A stretch of 27,463 nt of DNA, taken from a virus (lineage: Duplodnaviria > Caudoviricetes). This document shows, one piece after another, positions 23,757 to 27,463 of this stretch. The stretch spans positions 1-27,463 of the IMG/VR virus record IMGVR_UViG_3300044632_001706; one strand, written 5' to 3'. Within the stretch, counting starts at the first letter, position 1; each line of letters starts with the position of its first letter. The position numbers and the translations under genes are program-made. Below the pieces are notes generated by a model, which saw nothing but the letters and a program-made list of their open reading frames with translations, did not search any database and was not told the DNA's origin.

Positions 23757-24167
23757 ATGTCTGTAGCAAAATGGACCGCTCTTGGCACGGAATCAAGTAT
23801 TGCTGGAACCGCCCTTGATAGTAAAGCCAATGGTACAACAACGTTTATTGCGGATATAGCGAATACAACCGACAAAGATTTGTATCTTAACGTATGGGTA
23901 ACCCTAGGTAGTATAACTCCTACCACAGGCGCTAGCGTTACATTACAGTTGCGGCAAAAACGATCATCAACGTATTCAGAAAACACTTTAGAGCAATATG
24001 TGGCTGCTACAAATGGTACGGGCGCACGGGTTGTTGAGTTGGCAACGGTAATGAGGATTCCTCATGGAGGAACATTTGGTCTTTATTGGACAAACAATTT
24101 AGGTGTGACAAGTGCAGCCAGTGGCAATGCGGTTTACACGCGCACTTGGAACGAGGACATTGTTTAA
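23757..24167 (+). CDS. Hypothetical beta-rich (jelly-roll-like) protein
   Basis: 136 aa, Thr/Ala-rich alternating pattern; tightly coupled to neighbours. Confidence 0.7.
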   Translation: MSVAKWTALGTESSIAGTALDSKANGTTTFIADIANTTDKDLYLNVWVTLGSITPTTGASVTLQLRQKRSSTYSENTLEQYVAATNGTGARVVELATVMRIPHGGTFGLYWTNNLGVTSAASGNAVYTRTWNEDIV

Positions 24168-24914
24168 ATGCCCCGCGGCCTAAATCCTTATGATGAGGCC
24201 GTGGTGCAAAGAAGGCTGTGGACGCCCGCGCAGTGGCGGACGGCGGTCTGGTTTGATGCGGCTGATTTGTCCACTGTCACAACCATTGGTAACGGCGTCA
24301 CTGAATGGCGCGACAAAAGCGGGTTCCAGCGACACGTGACCGTGCCAGCCACAGTAAATGCCCCTACGCTGCAACAGAATATTCAAAACGGCTTGACGGC
24401 CATCGACTGGGGGGCAGCGACAAATAATTTAGGGCTGCGCAACCTCGCGGTTTCCAACTTCAATCCGACGCGCTACCTGATCGTCGCGCATTACGAAGGG
24501 CCGAACCCGTTCAATGAGTATGCTGGTTTGGTTTCACACAACGGTGCCGCACTCACCGAACTTATTATCACGAGTAATAACGGCACTCTTTGGATCGCTG
24601 GCTCATTTTTTCATAACGGTGCCACCTCGGCGACCCAAACGGCTTTGCCGACAATCAGGCAGCCTTTCGTACTCACATCAAACTTCGCGCAGAGCGCCAA
24701 CAGAACTAGTCTCTTTATCGGCAATGATCGGTTTTTTACGGGGTTTACGCGCGGCTGGCGCGGCAAAATTTTCGAGGTCGTGGGGATAGATTTCGTCTGG
24801 TCGGACGCAGAGCGCGCCCGAGCGGAAGGATACGCAGCCTGGAAATGGGGCCTCGTCGCTAACCTGCCCGCCACGCACCCCTTCCGAAACGACCCACCTG
24901 TCATCGGTGACTGA
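24168..24914 (+). CDS. LamG/concanavalin-like lectin-fold protein
   Basis: WFDAADLST..V.EWRDKSG, IG......GW.GKIFEVV, EGY.AWKWGL..NLP..HPF. Confidence 0.75.
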   Translation: MPRGLNPYDEAVVQRRLWTPAQWRTAVWFDAADLSTVTTIGNGVTEWRDKSGFQRHVTVPATVNAPTLQQNIQNGLTAIDWGAATNNLGLRNLAVSNFNPTRYLIVAHYEGPNPFNEYAGLVSHNGAALTELIITSNNGTLWIAGSFFHNGATSATQTALPTIRQPFVLTSNFAQSANRTSLFIGNDRFFTGFTRGWRGKIFEVVGIDFVWSDAERARAEGYAAWKWGLVANLPATHPFRNDPPVIGD

Positions 24915-24916
24915 TT

Positions 24917-25564
24917 ATGTTGCGGGTTCGGTTTCCTAGGATTGCAACGGGCGGCATAACGGGCACGGGCAGTGTAACACTAGGGGCTTTGACGGGGTCA
25001 GGAACGGCTAATTTATCTCTTGCTGGCCAAGGCAGTGTCACGCTTGGATCTCTTACAGGTTCTGGTGCGGGCACACTGGCTATTACAGGAACAGGAAGCG
25101 TAACCCTTGGCACGTTAACGGGTTCAGGAACAGGCTCTCTATCAATTTCAGGCGTAGGTAGTGTCACGCTTGGAGCATTGACAGGATCGGGGGCAGGAAC
25201 GCTTACTATTTCAGGCGCGGCCAGCGTAACCCTTGGAGCCTTGACGGGTACGGCGACAGGGTCTTTGCAGATTAAGGGACAAGGATCTGTAACCCTTGGG
25301 GCTTTAACGGGTTCAGGGACAGGTACGGGTCCATGCCCTACAGCGCAAGAGATTGCTCAGGAAGTGTGGAATTATATCTTAGAAGGTTCTGTTTCTGCCG
25401 GACAAATGCTTAGGGGTATTGCCCGTACACAGCTTGCCAAAGTGGCTATTAACGAGACAACAGGGGAAGTGACAATTTATAAATTGGATGGTACAACGAT
25501 TTTTGCACAGGCATTAACCTCACCAACAGGTGATAGAAATGCTCCAACAGTAGACTGGACTTAA
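24917..25564 (+). CDS. Gly/Thr/Ser-rich 21-aa repeat fibre-like protein
   Basis: Six repeats of I(T/S)GxGSVTLGALTGSGxGxLx, then PTAQEIAQEVW helical C-domain. Confidence 0.8.
   Translation: MLRVRFPRIATGGITGTGSVTLGALTGSGTANLSLAGQGSVTLGSLTGSGAGTLAITGTGSVTLGTLTGSGTGSLSISGVGSVTLGALTGSGAGTLTISGAASVTLGALTGTATGSLQIKGQGSVTLGALTGSGTGTGPCPTAQEIAQEVWNYILEGSVSAGQMLRGIARTQLAKVAINETTGEVTIYKLDGTTIFAQALTSPTGDRNAPTVDWT
24956..25333 (+). repeat. Degenerate 63-bp coding tandem repeat, 6 copies
   Basis: Recurring gtaacccttgg / gtgtcacgcttgga cores at 63-nt period. Confidence 0.85.
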
Positions 25565-25574
25565 AGGAGTTTCT

Positions 25575-25616
25575 ATGAAAAAGAAAAAAGGAAAAGGCGG
25601 CGGGAAGGGTTGCTAG
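25575..25616 (+). CDS. 13-aa Lys/Gly micropeptide ending in Cys
   Basis: AAGGAG SD 5 nt before ATG; MKKKKGKGGGKGC*. Confidence 0.55.
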   Translation: MKKKKGKGGGKGC

Positions 25617-25642
25617 TCAATCAATTTTGTGGCATAAAAACT

Positions 25643-25688
25643 ATGCGGGTGGTTCGCTTTCTAAGGCTAGACTGAACGACATCCGCAT
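25643..25688. terminator. Long imperfect hairpin between convergent operons (terminator or processing site)
   Basis: ATGCGGGTG/CATCCGCAT, GTTC/GAAC, TCTA/TAGA nested stems; T5 tract follows on the minus strand. Confidence 0.55.
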
Positions 25689-25949
25689 TTATGCAGGCTC
25701 ATATTTTTTGTGAAAAATGCTCGGTTTGCACGGGTAAAATTCACCTTCCATACCCTTAATGATAAAATCATCTTTAGACGCAAGCATCGGTCCCTCTAAA
25801 GTTTCAATGTGAATTCTACACCGATCATCATAATGGTAAGTCATTGCAAAAAAATCTATGCCCCAATGTTCTTTCATGGCATAGTAGGAATCGCGTGTCC
25901 CATCATATTGCATGGCATCAATTTCAACGGGTTTTCTTTTGTATTTCAT
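25689..25949 (-). CDS. Conserved small phage protein (KPVxIxA...TLEG...GEFYPCKP family)
   Basis: MKYKRKPVEIDAMQY...IETLEG.M.A...DFIIKG..GEFYPCKPSIF. Confidence 0.85.
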   Translation of the reverse strand: MKYKRKPVEIDAMQYDGTRDSYYAMKEHWGIDFFAMTYHYDDRCRIHIETLEGPMLASKDDFIIKGMEGEFYPCKPSIFHKKYEPA

Positions 25950-25953
25950 GATT

Positions 25954-26463
25954 TTATTGCTTTGATTTCAGGTATTTGTCGTAAGCCCTGGCTCCCATAT
26001 AAGCGTACGGAAACCCTATAAGAAGCTGGAAAAAAAATTCGTTGGGATTATCCATGACGATAATGTAAGCGAAAGCTGCAAAAAACCCAGACCAAGCCAA
26101 CCCTGGTCGTGTAGAGCGCACAAAAATATCTTGCGCTCTGTCGCCTGCCCTAATCGTGTCTTGCGTTTCCTTTTGTTCTAGTTGGGCATCCTGTAGCTGG
26201 ATGCGTTCCATTTCCAGCAGGTGAGAGCGAATAGAGGCTTCATTGTCGTTAGCCATCTTTCTAAGCCGTTCTAGAGCCTGTGAATCGTTTTGAAGGACAG
26301 AGAGTGCCAAATCAGGTGTGGCGTAGTTGGTGGCCCCAGAAACCAGCTTTACGCCAGCCTCTACAGCATTTCCAAGGTTTCCAGTTAAAAGTGAACCGAC
26401 AAGGTTTGCGCCTTCCGTGCCGTTTCTGCTTAGCCATGCCCCAACGTCTTTCCATGTACTCAT
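25954..26463 (-). CDS. Holin-like membrane protein (3TM/GTA-holin-like)
   Basis: Coiled coil, then FVRSTRP, two TM segments and YMGARAYDK tail; in the lysis block. Confidence 0.7.
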   Translation of the reverse strand: MSTWKDVGAWLSRNGTEGANLVGSLLTGNLGNAVEAGVKLVSGATNYATPDLALSVLQNDSQALERLRKMANDNEASIRSHLLEMERIQLQDAQLEQKETQDTIRAGDRAQDIFVRSTRPGLAWSGFFAAFAYIIVMDNPNEFFFQLLIGFPYAYMGARAYDKYLKSKQ

Positions 26464-26762
26464 AGTTTCATGCCTTTCCCGTATTCCCTTAATCCTGTGA
26501 ACTCTCTCATTTTTTCAATATGACGGCATTGTTCAACACGGATATGTTCTGCAAGGTCATCTACAAATTCAACAATTTCTTCCAGGCTTTCTCGTTTTTC
26601 TTTTTCCACGTCATCCAAATTCAGGCGCATTGTTGCGGCAACGATAGGAAGAAAATTATACATTTCGTTCAGTTTATCATTCAAAGCCACGCACAGCCAA
26701 TGCACGTTGGTTTCACCCTTAAGGTTTTCAAAAATTTCTTGGTAGATAGATTGTTCTTTCAC
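26460..26762 (-). CDS. Hypothetical helical protein
   Basis: Track ORF 26460..26777; GTG 26762 preferred (GTGA overlap with lysozyme stop); ATGA overlap downstream. Confidence 0.7.
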   Translation of the reverse strand: MKEQSIYQEIFENLKGETNVHWLCVALNDKLNEMYNFLPIVAATMRLNLDDVEKEKRESLEEIVEFVDDLAEHIRVEQCRHIEKMREFTGLREYGKGMKL

Positions 26763-27232
26763 AGCAACTCTTCCCATTTTGGATCGTTAAGGAACATTAA
26801 GGATTCTGCCTGTCTGCGTCTGCGGAGGCCGTTAGAGGGTATTTTGTTAATGTAAATCCAGCGTTCAAACTCCTTGGATGCTTCGTGCATACGGCCTGCG
26901 TTTACCATGCGCCGCAAGGTAGATTGCTCAAGGTTCTTGCGCCCCAGGTTAAAGGTGAAGGACACGAGTGCGTCAAACTGGCCTTGGTTTAGGGGATAGA
27001 AAATCAGATCGTTGACGGAGTTTTCTTTTTTCTTGGCATCGTCCAAAAACAAAGCGTCTGCCTGTTCCTGAGTGATTCCGTTTCTAAACTCAGCAATCTC
27101 TTCGGGCCATACGCGGTGGCCCCATCCGATTGTTTCATAACCAGCGCTGCATTTGTAAATATGCAGAACGCACCCCTCAAAAGCATGGATTAAACGCACC
27201 CCATCTTTAGATAATTTGAGAGTATGGTTCAT
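26759..27232 (-). CDS. Endolysin, GH24 phage lysozyme
   Basis: E19-x8-C28-x5-T34 triad, TIGWGH, LNQGQFDALVSFTFNLG, GL.RRR.AE. Confidence 0.96.
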   Translation of the reverse strand: MNHTLKLSKDGVRLIHAFEGCVLHIYKCSAGYETIGWGHRVWPEEIAEFRNGITQEQADALFLDDAKKKENSVNDLIFYPLNQGQFDALVSFTFNLGRKNLEQSTLRRMVNAGRMHEASKEFERWIYINKIPSNGLRRRRQAESLMFLNDPKWEELL

Positions 27233-27462
27233 TATTTAGCCCCCTGGTTGGCAATAAGGGTGGGGATGGCGTTTTCGATGTTGGTGACGCGCTCTTCTAA
27301 TTTCTCAAAGTCTTTCTCTGATTTTTGCTGCAAAGCTACCATCACGGCCATATTTTTATCTATGGCAGCTTGACTCTGAAGAAAATAGGGGCCAGCCCCC
27401 GCAATGGTAGCGATGACAATACCAAGCAGTGTCACAAGCAGCTTGGTATTTGTGTTGCTGTT
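27232..27462 (-). CDS. Single-TM plus coiled-coil protein upstream of lysozyme (holin/lysis accessory candidate; start outside window)
   Basis: Frame is open to the window edge (NSNTNTKLLVTLLGIVIATIAGAG...); TAATG overlap with lysozyme. Confidence 0.6.
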   Translation of the reverse strand, partial: NSNTNTKLLVTLLGIVIATIAGAGPYFLQSQAAIDKNMAVMVALQQKSEKDFEKLEERVTNIENAIPTLIANQGAK

Positions 27463-27463
27463 G

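Larger units (their letters stand above)
1..27463. mobile_element. Tailed dsDNA phage/prophage segment, podovirus-like (P22/SU10-type head and tail machine)
   Basis: Ordered terS-terL-portal-scaffold-capsid-adaptor-nozzle-ejection-fibre genes, no tape measure or sheath, lysozyme present, dense small ORFs; no host housekeeping genes or att/integrase seen. Confidence 0.97.

Noticed and set aside
5477-25167. Numerous antisense and alternate-frame ORFs in the track (e.g. 11162..11785, 8062..8400, 23461..23841, 24901..25167)
   Set aside because: They are shadows of well-supported plus-strand genes, lack SDs and show no recognisable motifs
20815-25564. Diversity-generating retroelement or invertible tail-fibre cassette
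   Set aside because: No reverse transcriptase, invertase, TR/VR pair or flanking inverted repeats seen in the window
27131-27178. Cys in place of catalytic Asp in the lysozyme (E-x8-C-x5-T)
   Set aside because: Known variant of GH24 phage lysozymes; no N-terminal SAR segment to suggest special regulation
1-27463. GANTC (CcrM site) depletion as support for an alphaproteobacterial host
   Set aside because: GAATC/GATTC sites are readily seen throughout, so no depletion is evident by eye; host remains unassigned

Overview
The whole window is a segment of a tailed, podovirus-like (P22/SU10-type) phage or prophage genome with four transcription blocks. (1) 1-716 (+): the C-terminus of a probable Thg1-like 3'-5' nucleotidyltransferase and three small ORFs, closed by two hairpins. 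(2) 822-4930 (-): about 18 small accessory/early genes, including an XRE HTH regulator, several small membrane proteins, a W-x-x-G-x repeat protein and a paralog pair. These follow two near-consensus sigma70 promoters that carry a repeated GAAAY-N-RTTTC operator. (3) 5441-25616 (+): the virion module: terS, PBSX-type terL, portal, scaffold, major capsid, adaptor, nozzle, GNAT, three ejection proteins, tail fibre with chaperones, and a five-gene appendage-like module. (4) 25689-end (-): a convergent lysis block (GH24 lysozyme, holin-like proteins). The most interesting unexplained elements are the Thg1-like gene, the 4.8-5.44 kb switch region (operators, CtrA-like TTAA-N7-TTAA boxes, twin GUUA-loop hairpins and an antisense 25-aa hydrophobic peptide), a ~260-aa insertion in the gp16-like ejection protein, unannotated Lys-rich micropeptides and repeated gene-junction cassettes. 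All family assignments come from motif recognition and gene order; no database search was run. No integrase, replication genes, tRNA or CRISPR array were seen.
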